From: Neoconidiobolus thromboides FSU 785 | Taxonomy: Eukaryota > Fungi > Entomophthoromycota | DNA: 33,385 nucleotides | Direction of reading: 5' to 3' | NCBI GenBank assembly: GCA_025603075.1 | Contig: MU626469.1 | Span: forward strand, 1-33,385 | In this document: positions 1 to 9,677 of the stretch, piece by piece | Layout of the letters: each line of letters opens with the position of its first letter | Numbering within the stretch: the first letter of the stretch is position 1 | Notes under the pieces: generated by a model | Seen by the model: the letters and a program-made list of their open reading frames with translations, nothing else | Database searches by the model: none | Told to the model about the DNA's origin: nothing | Translations under genes and position numbers: made by a program

Positions 1-188
1 ATACTATTCTTTATAAATTAAGTCTATCTTAGTTACATAAACTAAGGTCTTTCGACTTAGAACTAATCAATCAATCAAGAACTACTTTTGACTCCAATCA
101 CTGAGCATCGGATTTCACATTTTATATTAACAAGGAGTAGTATTTAATATTTAAATGTTTTATAATAACTATTTTTTTTTGAAGTTTA
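1..188 (+). repeat. Repeat family R1, copy A (near-identical to 22046-22234)
   Basis: Matches 22046-22234 with two substitutions and one extra T in the poly-T run. The core TTGACTCCAATCACTGAG...GATTTCAC (ending at 118) recurs diverged at 32497-32588 and inverted at 33338-33385. Confidence 0.9.
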
Positions 189-268
189 CTATTTTTTCCA
201 TTTTTCAAGTGCCATTTAAGTGGAAAAATTGGTAGTAAAATTCTTAAATACAGAAATACACTCCTGTA
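189..268 (-). mobile_element. Truncated, decayed copy of the ~100-bp MITE-like element
   Basis: ctattttttccatttttcaagtgccatttaagtggaaaaattggtagtaaaattcttaaatacagaaatacactcct aligns to the minus-orientation copies at 26955 and 32692; the left GGGG terminus is missing. Confidence 0.75.
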
Positions 269-1019
269 TTTTTATTTAGTAAAAAATAATTAAGAATTTG
301 ATAAAAGTAAATTAAATTAAAGAATATAGCATTCTAAATTATGATAATTTTATATAAGTAATTTAAAAGAATAAAATAAAAATGATAGTAATAATAAAAT
401 TTTATAAAATTCTTTACATTTTTTATTTAACTATTTAATTATGGTTATAAAAGATACTTTCATTAACTAAAAAAAAATATTTAAAAAGTATGTTAAAACC
501 GATATAGTTAAATTAACATGTATTAGTTTTAAGCTGACAATTTTTATAGATTAGCTTAAAAATCGTTAGATATCTTCTATTGCTTTAATTCGTAGTTATT
601 TTTTAGTACGGATTTGAAGGCTACAAGTTTTTATAATTTTTAAACCTATATTAAAAAAAATTTAGCTACAGATTACAAGCAATGAAAGACTTCTGACTCC
701 AAGCTGTCCTCTCAAATGCTACTGCTTTTTGATCTAATTAAAAGCTTTTTTCTATTGTAGTCTATTCTATCTAATCATGTGTTAATGATTAGCGTAAATA
801 TTTTATTATGCTGCAAATCAATACTTTTTCTATATGCTCTTTGCCCAAAAATACAGAATGTATAGAAAGGCAATAAGTATCATATTTTTGCATTTTCTAC
901 ATTTATAAATAAACATATAACTATCCAAAATATTAAAAAGATTTTTTTTCACAAAGTTTTGTATTTACTTTTTTGTTTAATATTAAATAACAGCTATGAA
1001 AAGGATTAAAATATATTAA

Positions 1020-1052
1020 TAAATGCTCAATAAATGCTTAATAAATGCTTAA
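1020..1052. repeat. 11-bp tandem repeat (TAAATGCTYAA) x3
   Basis: Read directly: taaatgctcaa taaatgcttaa taaatgcttaa. Confidence 0.85.
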
Positions 1053-1501
1053 AATTAACAAAGGGGTGGATATTTTTAAAATATGCCTAGGGAGTAAATT
1101 AAGAATTTTGGAATTTGAAAATTAAAACTTTTTTCTATAAAAAACGGTGCCTCTTTGCCAAACATATGGGATAAAGTGAAAGATAATTTAAATAGGCATA
1201 TAAATATAATTATAAAATAAGGATATCAAAGGGATGTATATAATAAAATGAGTTGAAATAACTGGACTTGAGATACAAATCCATCTGGTACTTAAATTAC
1301 TAGGGAGAGGCAGTATAAACAAAGTCATAATTAAAAAATACCCAATTAAACTCAAAATAAAATTATAATAATCCAAGCTTTCAAGGATTAAACAAAATAA
1401 AATAAGAATTTTATAAACAAAACATATTGCTATTAGGATCAATTTAGTGCAGTATATAATCAATAAATTATGAATTGGTACTTATAACATTAAATTCAAA
1501 G

Positions 1502-2632
1502 ATGATATCTAAAGAAGAACAGGAAAGGATTGATATTGAAACTGATATCCTTGATACAATGGACATGATAATCTTAGGAATAAGTACCTTGCTTTGCCTC
1601 ATAGTGGTGGCCATAGTAGCCGGATCCCGTATACTTAAACTACCATCGTCTGGTAGGTTGAGTTTTAAGTTATCCTTATGGGTAGCTATTGCAGATATTG
1701 TGTTTTCTATTTCCTATATGATCCCAATACTTATGCTGAGAATTGCTCCGAAATGGGCTCAGGAAGTACTCACTGAAAATAGAATTATTACTCTACTTTG
1801 CACTTTGATTTCAACGTTTGGTAGTATTTGGTACATGGTTCTTATATCTTTAATTGTGCTAAATCTACAGTTTACCTTTTTATCAAAGTGGAAATATAAT
1901 CATCTATTTACCGAGTTTAATATGGTGGTAGTCTCTTTAATTCTCCCAAGCTTAGTGATTGTTCCTTCGATTATAATTTGTCATCAATATAGCATATATA
2001 GCTTACTTGAACTTATTGAGACAGGATCAATATATAGACTTTTATTAACCTGGGTACAAGTCGACTTGTGGCTTACTATTTGTATTGTTTACTGTACAAT
2101 TACTATTATAAAAATCTTAAAAGTATTTTCAAAGTACTCGAGGACTATTAAAGACCAGAGTTCAGAAAATCAGGTTCAATTTCAAATATCTAAAAATATG
2201 ATCAGTAGTCCAGAAACTAGATCCATTTCTACTGATAAAACTAATAGTGCCGATATACTTTGGTCCAAGCCTAAAGAATTCAAAACCACTTCAATTGAAT
2301 TTACTCCACCCAAGGTAGAAGTAATAACCAATTCTCTTTTGGAAAAAAAATTAAGTCGAATTGCATTGCGAGTAGCCTGTTATGGGATTATACCTATCAT
2401 TACCCAAACCATTTTTGTCCTCATTAGCACTTACACTGCATTGACAAGAAATGGGTCTTTTGGGCTACGAGTTGTTTTTGATTTATGCAACTTTCTTAAT
2501 GGTATTCTAAATTCAATCGTTTTTTTATTTGATCCAGCGCTTCCAGATATCTTACACCAATTTAAGAATACCTATTTAAAAGGTTTAGATATGCAATCTG
2601 ATTCTATCTCTAAATCTGAATTGAAACTGTAA
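1502..2632 (+). CDS. Intronless 7-transmembrane GPCR-like protein (Git3/cAMP-receptor-like appearance), 376 aa from the first ATG
   Basis: Seven hydrophobic segments, a long polar loop between TM5 and TM6, and TM7 motif NFLNGILNSIVFLFDPALP; clear paralog of 8071-9075. The ORF-track start at 1475 is TTG; the first ATG is at 1502. Family assignment is by resemblance only. Confidence 0.7.
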   Translation: MISKEEQERIDIETDILDTMDMIILGISTLLCLIVVAIVAGSRILKLPSSGRLSFKLSLWVAIADIVFSISYMIPILMLRIAPKWAQEVLTENRIITLLCTLISTFGSIWYMVLISLIVLNLQFTFLSKWKYNHLFTEFNMVVVSLILPSLVIVPSIIICHQYSIYSLLELIETGSIYRLLLTWVQVDLWLTICIVYCTITIIKILKVFSKYSRTIKDQSSENQVQFQISKNMISSPETRSISTDKTNSADILWSKPKEFKTTSIEFTPPKVEVITNSLLEKKLSRIALRVACYGIIPIITQTIFVLISTYTALTRNGSFGLRVVFDLCNFLNGILNSIVFLFDPALPDILHQFKNTYLKGLDMQSDSISKSELKL

Positions 2633-3275
2633 ATATAATAAAATACCTTCATATTTATTATAAAACTTTGAAAATTTACGTATCAATAAGATATCATTTC
2701 TTAAGTTTTTATATTATATAATCAATGCAATCATATAACTTTGTTTACGTTCAATAATTCCTTACTTTGCCTTGAAAACAAGATAAATCTTTTCAAGTCT
2801 TTCAGCTGCTATTTGGAGTGAAAATTTTGAAAAAATTACAGGTTTTTACTTCTCCTTATCTCTTACCTTTAATTATTTATCTCTTTAGCCTTCTCCACTT
2901 GTCCCATTAATTAGTTTTATTAATCCACGTATTGATTCAGTTTGAAAATTAACTTAATTATTTAAAAAAGAATATAAAAAAGCAGTCTTTTAATATAATG
3001 AATAACAAATAAATAGAGATCTAATTACTACAGTTAGTAAACATAACATTAAATTCTTTTATTTACACCTAACCAAATTTGAAATGTTCTTCAACTAAAA
3101 TTAAATTCAGAGTTAATGAAACTTTGGATTAGTCTAAAACCTTGTTAAATATTCTTTTAGGGTCTATGCAAGTAAAAAATCAATGAAGTAGATAAAACAA
3201 TCGCAATTCTTTTACTAAATGTGGTTGATATGACGAATAAAACAATGCACTCTCTTTTGAACTAAAACTATTACA

Positions 3276-4716
3276 ATTTTTTGTCAAAGACTTGTGTTAA
3301 TTGTGTTATGTGATATCGATAAGCTTGTTAAAACAACAATTAGTTGTGAATTTACATGTTTATTTGCAGAAACTGGTGGGATTATAAATAATACATTGTA
3401 TGTTTTTGAAGCAATAGACACGAAAAATATAGATTTTAATAGTAGTATCTATAACAAGGCTTTATTTAGCAGCGGTGTTTATATTTTGAGTCTTAAGAGT
3501 GGAATACAACTAAATGGCGCACAAGAGGCGGATTAGGAACGTAACCAACTTGACAATCATCCTTTTGGGACATTGTTTGTACCAAATGTCATTGAAATAG
3601 AGAACACTTTAGAAGAGTTTTTTGTCATAGGTGGGTCTCATTAGACATCTATTGAAGAAAATGTAAAGATATTTGATACAAAGCCAAACGTATAGAAAAT
3701 TGGTACAGATGTAGATGAGTTTACAAAAGGATTAAACTTTTCAAAATCAAAAGGAGGGACATCAAAATTTGGACCAGTAGAAGCTGCTTCAAATCATTTT
3801 GATTTAAATCCTGATGAGTTGGTTCTATATGGTGGGGAGTATTTCTTTAAAAAGAAATTAAAAAATATAAGGCACAACCCTATCCAGGGTTAATAGCTTA
3901 TAACTCAAGGAATAATCAATGAAAGACTATTAGTGAGCAAGATTATTATCATATTTATGGTCCTAGTTCAATTGTATATAACGCTAACTTGATAGTGTTT
4001 GGTGGGAAGAATACTGCTACTTAGGAATATCTTGGGATTTAAAAATGTCATTAGTTTTTTTCAAAATGCACCAGGGAAATTCTTAGAAAGGTTTGTTAAT
4101 TTTGGGTTAAAAAAAGGATGACCATGTTTACATCTTAAATGGTATTACTAACAACGGTGAGACCAATTATGGAGATAGTTTTCTTTATGTTTTAGATTTA
4201 AATACCCTTATTTGGGAAAGTAAGTATGCTTCTGGATTAACTAGCATTATATCTACCACAACGAGATGTTATAATGGCTATCTTCCGTGCAATTTTGGAG
4301 TGTACAATAATTTCACCTACTCAAAGCACAGATAGTGAGCCTTAGTAATTGTACCTTGGTAAATCAAATATCCTTAATGGAAGAACTAGGAAACAAAATC
4401 AAAAGCCGATTATATGTTGTCATCGGTGAATCAATAGAAAGATTTATTGGGTTAACAATATTAATCATTTTATGCTAATTTGGATGTAAGGACCAAGAGA
4501 AAGATTGTTAAAAGAACCCCATTTCTCTTTGTTTTAGAACCCACTTGCAATAAAACACAACTTGCTGCTAACTACCGAAAATTATCATTCGATAATGATC
4601 ATGGGTTCGATACTAGTATATCTAAACTAGAAAAAAAATCGTGGTTTAGGATTAAACCATGTTTATTCAAAGCTGAGTGGTATGACTGTCAAGGATATAG
4701 TATGTCTTTCAAATAA
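3276..4716 (+). pseudogene. Pseudogene of a Kelch-repeat single-pass membrane protein (paralog of 27381-28778)
   Basis: Collinear with the intact paralog (e.g. KGLNFSKSKGGTSKFGP vs KGLNFPKSEGGTPNFGP; KRTPFLFVLEPTCNK vs KRTPPPFVSEPTCDK). Start codon is ATT at 3276. In-frame stops at 3534, 3642, 3693; frameshift near 3850-3875; further stops at 3920 and 4022; a deletion of about 8-9 codons near 4055. Confidence 0.9.
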
Positions 4717-5157
4717 ATTTAATATTATATTTCATACTGCTTTTTAAGCCATAAAGATATTCATAAATAATATAACTAGTATTTTCTTGTGTTTAAATAT
4801 TAGTATAATCGAAATCGTGACCTATATTTCATAAGAAAACATTAGGATAATGAGACTTACTGAAGCATGTTGAATATTGACTGAGCTATATAAAAATTTG
4901 TTGTTTTTATTTTATTCAAAGTTTGACTTTTTGGCTTTATAAACTATTTGTAAATATTTTAACATAAAATCAATATCCTCTTTCATGATAACTAAAACTT
5001 TAGTCTTGATTAAAATTTCTATAATTATTATCTTTTAAACCAAATTGCTTTATACTGCAAAACAGCAATAAAAACTATCAACAGAATTCCAATCTAATGC
5101 CATAAAATTAAAAGTATTTTTTTAAATTTAAATCTTAGAAAACAAATATAAATTTTA

Positions 5158-6031
5158 ATGAGTAACACAAAAGAAGTAGGAAAAGAGGAAAAAGAAGTAT
5201 ATAGCAAATGGAGCCAATATTTCAACTATAAATTAGGTTTGTTGAGTAAGAAAGAACAAGAAGCTTATGATATAGAAAAAAGCAAAGTAAATTATCGAAA
5301 AGATTATATTCGTTGTGAAAAATGGAAAGAACAGATAATGACCAACAGTATGAATTTAATGCTATTTTAAAAATGTTATTTAACTAAACTGCTTAGGTCC
5401 AATAGTGGTATTTTTATTAAAAGAACTGAGAAAACAAGGGTGTACATTTAATCAAGCCCATCTTGTCTGTGCACCTTGCGATACATCCAGAAGCTCAGCG
5501 TTTAATCCAGAAGCCGAACTGGGTAAAGGACCGATATTATTATGTCAGAATAGATTTTCGAGTAAAACTCATTTAGAAACAACAATGGCTCATGAGCTTA
5601 TACACGCCTATGATCATTGGTATTTTTTCTTTAAATAATTATTCTAAAAATTATAACTCTTTTAGTCGTTATAATGTCCAGTGGGATAACCTATATCACT
5701 ATGCTTGTTCAAGTGTATTATTTAATAAACTAGAAAGCTCAAATTTAACATCGTTTTTTAGATCCGAGCCAACAGCTTAAGTGGAGACTGTAAATTTGGG
5801 AACGAAATAAAAAGGGGGAAGTTTGGAATTTCAAAGCAACATCAGGTAATAATAGTTTTTATTTAGTTCATTAAAATAACATCGTTTTTTTAGAAATGTG
5901 TAAGACGCCGCGCTATTTTATCCGTCAAAGCACATCCACTATGTCCAGATGAAGATACCGCTAAAGTGGCAGTCAATGCTGTTTTTGACTCTTGTTTTGC
6001 AGATACAGCGCCGTTTGATGAGATATACTAA
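5158..6031 (+). CDS. ATP23: Mitochondrial inner membrane protease/chaperone Atp23 (peptidase M76); exons 5158-5347, 5397-5619, 5666-5714, 5762-5845, 5894-6031; 227 aa
   Basis: HELIHAYDH zinc motif, [20 protein letters not shown] and C-terminal [12 protein letters not shown]. Four GT-AG introns of 46-49 nt give a continuous frame. Confidence 0.92.
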
Positions 6032-6363
6032 TGAATAGATTTAAGTTGAATTTAAAATAGAACTTTAAAATAAAATTTAATATTCAGTTAGTTTAGTTCT
6101 AATTTCAGAATAGCTTGAATATTTTATACTAAGATATTTAAACTTAGTTTAACTATATTATGTGAGTATATTGACCAATACCTTAAAATAAATACTAAGT
6201 GTTTGTAGTACTTATTTTTTGATGTATAGTCGATCCGTTAAAGCGAAGATATAAATTTACTTTTTAAAAGGACTAAATGTAACATCCATTATAAATGTTG
6301 AAAACAGAATAAAAAACATTTAAATAACAAACAATGAACTATCAAATTTAATACTCAATTAAA

Positions 6364-7084
6364 CTAAGTTTGCTCTTGTTTCCTTTTTTCCAATCTAGTA
6401 ATATACAAATCCATACGTTCGATTCCTTTTTCTAAATAAATTAGAGTTTCTCCAACAGCATCACACTATATCTATTAATAAATGTAAACTCAAATTTTAT
6501 AAAATTACCCATTGATTAAAAGTTTCCATTACTAATAATATATCTTGATTGCTTCTATTTACGCTTGGAATAAAGCCATCAAACTTTTCAATTACTGAAT
6601 TTATTCTTTCGATCGGGCGTATATAACCTAAAAAATGGTCAAATAAACCAAAAAATATTATCTAGATACCTTTAAATTCTGGAGGATTGATGAAGCCTTC
6701 CAAGGCATAAGCGCTCTCTATTTGATTAACCGCATTAACAAGCGAATTAAAATTCTGTAACATTAGCAATAATTTCTCCTTATACGATAACGAGCTCTCA
6801 TTCATCGCCAATAACAACTCATCCCTATTATCTAATGTATGTTCCTTAATAGCCTTATAGTACTTAGTGACCAATTTATTTAATAGTGGTTCCTCTCGAT
6901 AGCTCACTTTCTCTGTCCATACTTCCATCACTTGAACATATTTTTCAAATAAACTTTCATTGTCCAGAGCATCTCCTTTTTGTAATGAGGGTGGTAATAC
7001 TTTGGATTTTACTAAAGCTAATTCAAGCTTTACTAAACGTTCTTCCATCCCCTCGAAATAGCGATCTGGTAGTTGTTGTGTCAT
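6364..7084 (-). CDS. Helical/coiled-coil protein, probably dynactin p24/Ro10-like (DCTN3 family); exons 7084-6670, 6627-6509, 6465-6364; 211 aa
   Basis: The 140-aa ORF extends through two GT-AG introns (42 and 43 nt) into GYIRPIERINSVIEKFDG...TFNQW and CDAVGETLIYLEKGIERMDLYITRLEKRKQEQT*. N-terminal MEERLVKLELAL and the C-terminal helix resemble p24/Ro10. Gene structure is better supported than identity. Confidence 0.55.
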
Positions 7085-8070
7085 TTTGGTTTGATTAAAA
7101 GTTGAGCTAGGCTATTACGTTAGAGTTCCTAATTAATGAGCTAATGTTATTGCAAAATTGGTGTCTTCATAATTTCGCAAACTTAGTTTTAAAATTTTGC
7201 AGTTAAGGTTTGAGCATTATGCTTAAACCCTATATACTTAATAAAAGTATCAAAAAATGAATTGAGATCATATAAGTAAATCTACATCCATTGCACTAAC
7301 TTACTAATATAAAACTAGTTAAATTAAATAAAACTTCATTTCAGTTATTAAGCGTTATAGTTTTTAATGCTCCATTGTCTACCAAGCGTTTATTATTTTA
7401 TTATCTTATTGTTATCTAACAACAATTCAAAAAACATTCTTAAGCCTATAAACTTTGAGCAACATAAAACATTAAATTTAATAAATACATTCAGTTTAAA
7501 GCTTTTATTTCCTGTATTCATAAATGTTAAGGATGCTATACTTAATTGTACTAAAAGTTAAATCACTGATATATTTATTTTTAAATATTTAATTAATTGA
7601 ATATTTAATTAAAGGTACTATGGTTAGTGATCATTATAATATTTTTAATAATCCAATTTGTTTACATTAAATAGTTAAAACCTATTATATTCTCTTATTC
7701 TAAAAACCAACAAGCTGAACCTAATACGTTTTATTTAAACCCTGAACAAAGACTAAAGGAATATAACATTGGCATTTTGTATATTTAGAAAGTGTAAAAA
7801 TATGATAAATTAAATTATTTATAGTTTATTATAAAAGTCATATTTCCCAACTAAAAAGGATTATTGATTTGTTCAAATGAATTATATGAGAAAACTAGTA
7901 TTATAAAAAGTGATCCTAATATAAAAATTATATAGCAATACTCACATTATTACAATTATCCAATTAAACTAAAAATAAAAATTAAACAATATAAACGTTA
8001 ATAAGCTATGTATTATTGCCCAAAAAAAGTATATAAATGACAAACTAGATTAATAAAATACAGAAAATAA

Positions 8071-9075
8071 ATGCAAATGTTGACTCAGGAACAATTAGAA
8101 ACAATAGACCGGGTTGGGTTAATAGTATTAATACTCTCCTTCACTAGTAGCGTACTAGTCTTGTTAATAGTGTTGGTAAGCAGGCTATTAAAACTACGAG
8201 GTAGCCAAAGGCTAAGTTATAGACTGCAGTTATGGATTTCGCTGGCTGATATTCTATTTTGTATTGCCTATTCCTTCCCTATTTTCATATCTAACGATAA
8301 TATTGGTCATACGAATTCTATAATGGAAATTCGATTTTTTCAATTAGCCAACGCCAATATACCTATCTTTTGTCAACTATGGTACATGTTGTTGATATTT
8401 TTTATCATTTTGACTTTACATTTTACTTTATTTCTAAAGAATAGTAGATATGTTTATCTGTTCAATGAGTTAAATATTGTAATCACCACATTTTTGATAT
8501 CTCTTTTATTTATACTACCATCATTTATTATATGCTGGGTTAACAACAAATATACTGTTCTTGATTTCTTTCCTATTGGTATCTCTAAATTCTTAATCCT
8601 TTGGTTACAACTTAATTTAGTATTATTCATTATTAGCACATATTGCACAATTATGGTGGTTAAAATCAGCATATTATTATTGAATTATAAAAAAGCGCTT
8701 GATGCCATCTATTTACAAAATACTAGTCAAAGTTTGATAGAATCCTATATCGATGTTAAGGCAAACCAAGTGATCAATAAAAATCTCTGTGAGATAGTAC
8801 TGAGAGTCATTTTTTATGCCATTATTCCTATTACCACTCAGTTCATTTTTGTAGTTATCTCATCATATTACACTTTGTCCAAAGAAAGAAATAGCTTTGG
8901 ATTAAGGATTGTTTATGATAGCTTGAATTTTTTGAACGGTTTGCTCAATTCGCTGTTCTTTTTATGTTTTGATCCTGCATTGCCTAGTATCTTTAAAGAG
9001 TTTATTACAATTTATATCAGAAAGGAGAGTTATGAAAATTTACAATCATGTTACAGTGATAAGATTAATATTTAA
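8071..9075 (+). CDS. Intronless 7-transmembrane GPCR-like protein, 334 aa, paralog of 1502-2632
   Basis: Seven hydrophobic segments; shares RLSY(F)xLxLW..ADI, LRV..Y.IIPI.TQ and FGLR.V.D..NFLNG.LNS..F..DPALP with the 1502 gene; shorter third intracellular loop. Confidence 0.7.
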   Translation: MQMLTQEQLETIDRVGLIVLILSFTSSVLVLLIVLVSRLLKLRGSQRLSYRLQLWISLADILFCIAYSFPIFISNDNIGHTNSIMEIRFFQLANANIPIFCQLWYMLLIFFIILTLHFTLFLKNSRYVYLFNELNIVITTFLISLLFILPSFIICWVNNKYTVLDFFPIGISKFLILWLQLNLVLFIISTYCTIMVVKISILLLNYKKALDAIYLQNTSQSLIESYIDVKANQVINKNLCEIVLRVIFYAIIPITTQFIFVVISSYYTLSKERNSFGLRIVYDSLNFLNGLLNSLFFLCFDPALPSIFKEFITIYIRKESYENLQSCYSDKINI

Positions 9076-9559
9076 TTTAAGGCATGGTTTAGCTTTATTC
9101 ATGAAGTTTGGTTATACATTAAATAAATTAGAGCTATTTTGGTTGAAGATTTATAATATAAAGTTGTTTTTTTGAATATTTTTATAGTTTATAAATATGA
9201 TATTTTATTCAAGATTTAGCCACTCTTTTTGCAAGCAAATTTCTCCATTTTATAATTTTTATAATCCTTGGAATAATTATTGGAGAATATATTTTTGTTT
9301 AAATTATTAGCCAAATTCCTCATCACGACATAGTACTTACATTGAGTCATATAATAAATCACATATAATTATCATGTTGTATCGGTTTAACTTGAATTTT
9401 TTTAAAATTCCTTATCTACTGATATAAATATTTAGCCCAAAATACTACTTACCTAAATCATAAGTTTTAATGTTAATTTCCGACACAATCAAATTCACCC
9501 ACATTATCCAGGAGATATTTAAGCCTATTCATTACCAAAAAGGGTAAAACTTGGTCAAA

Positions 9560-9586
9560 CCAATGGGGCAAGGATTTGAGCCACGT
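9560..9586 (+). promoter_or_regulatory. CCAAT box plus GCCACGT motif upstream of SEC7 (possible bZIP/UPR-type element)
   Basis: CCAAT at 9560-9564 and CCACGT at 9581-9586, about 90-120 bp upstream of the ATG in otherwise very AT-rich DNA. Spacing is 16 nt, not the 9 nt of the canonical ERSE. Confidence 0.2.
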
Positions 9587-9677
9587 AATAAAGGGTGAAA
9601 AGACCTTTACATGAAAAATAATGCAAAGACAAAATTTTATTATTCTTAACGTTTAATTCAATTTAAAAAAGATAGTA

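Noticed and set aside
1188-1463. 91-aa hydrophobic minus-strand ORF
   Set aside because: Ile/Leu/Phe/Tyr-rich composition expected from AT-rich non-coding DNA; lies in the upstream region of the 7TM gene; no motif.
2790-2850. Possible ninth MITE remnant (gctatttggagtgaaaatttt)
   Set aside because: Only about 20 nt of AT-rich similarity and no termini; cannot be told from chance.
3534-4024. RIP-like hypermutation of the Kelch pseudogene
   Set aside because: Trp-to-stop changes are G-to-A by necessity, other lesions are transversions, indels or complex, and the true parent sequence is unknown. Evidence is insufficient without a proper dinucleotide analysis.
6886-9175. Short ORFs 6886-7098, 7367-7561, 8454-8672 and 8969-9175
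   Set aside because: Antisense or off-frame overlaps of real genes, or low-complexity intergenic ORFs.
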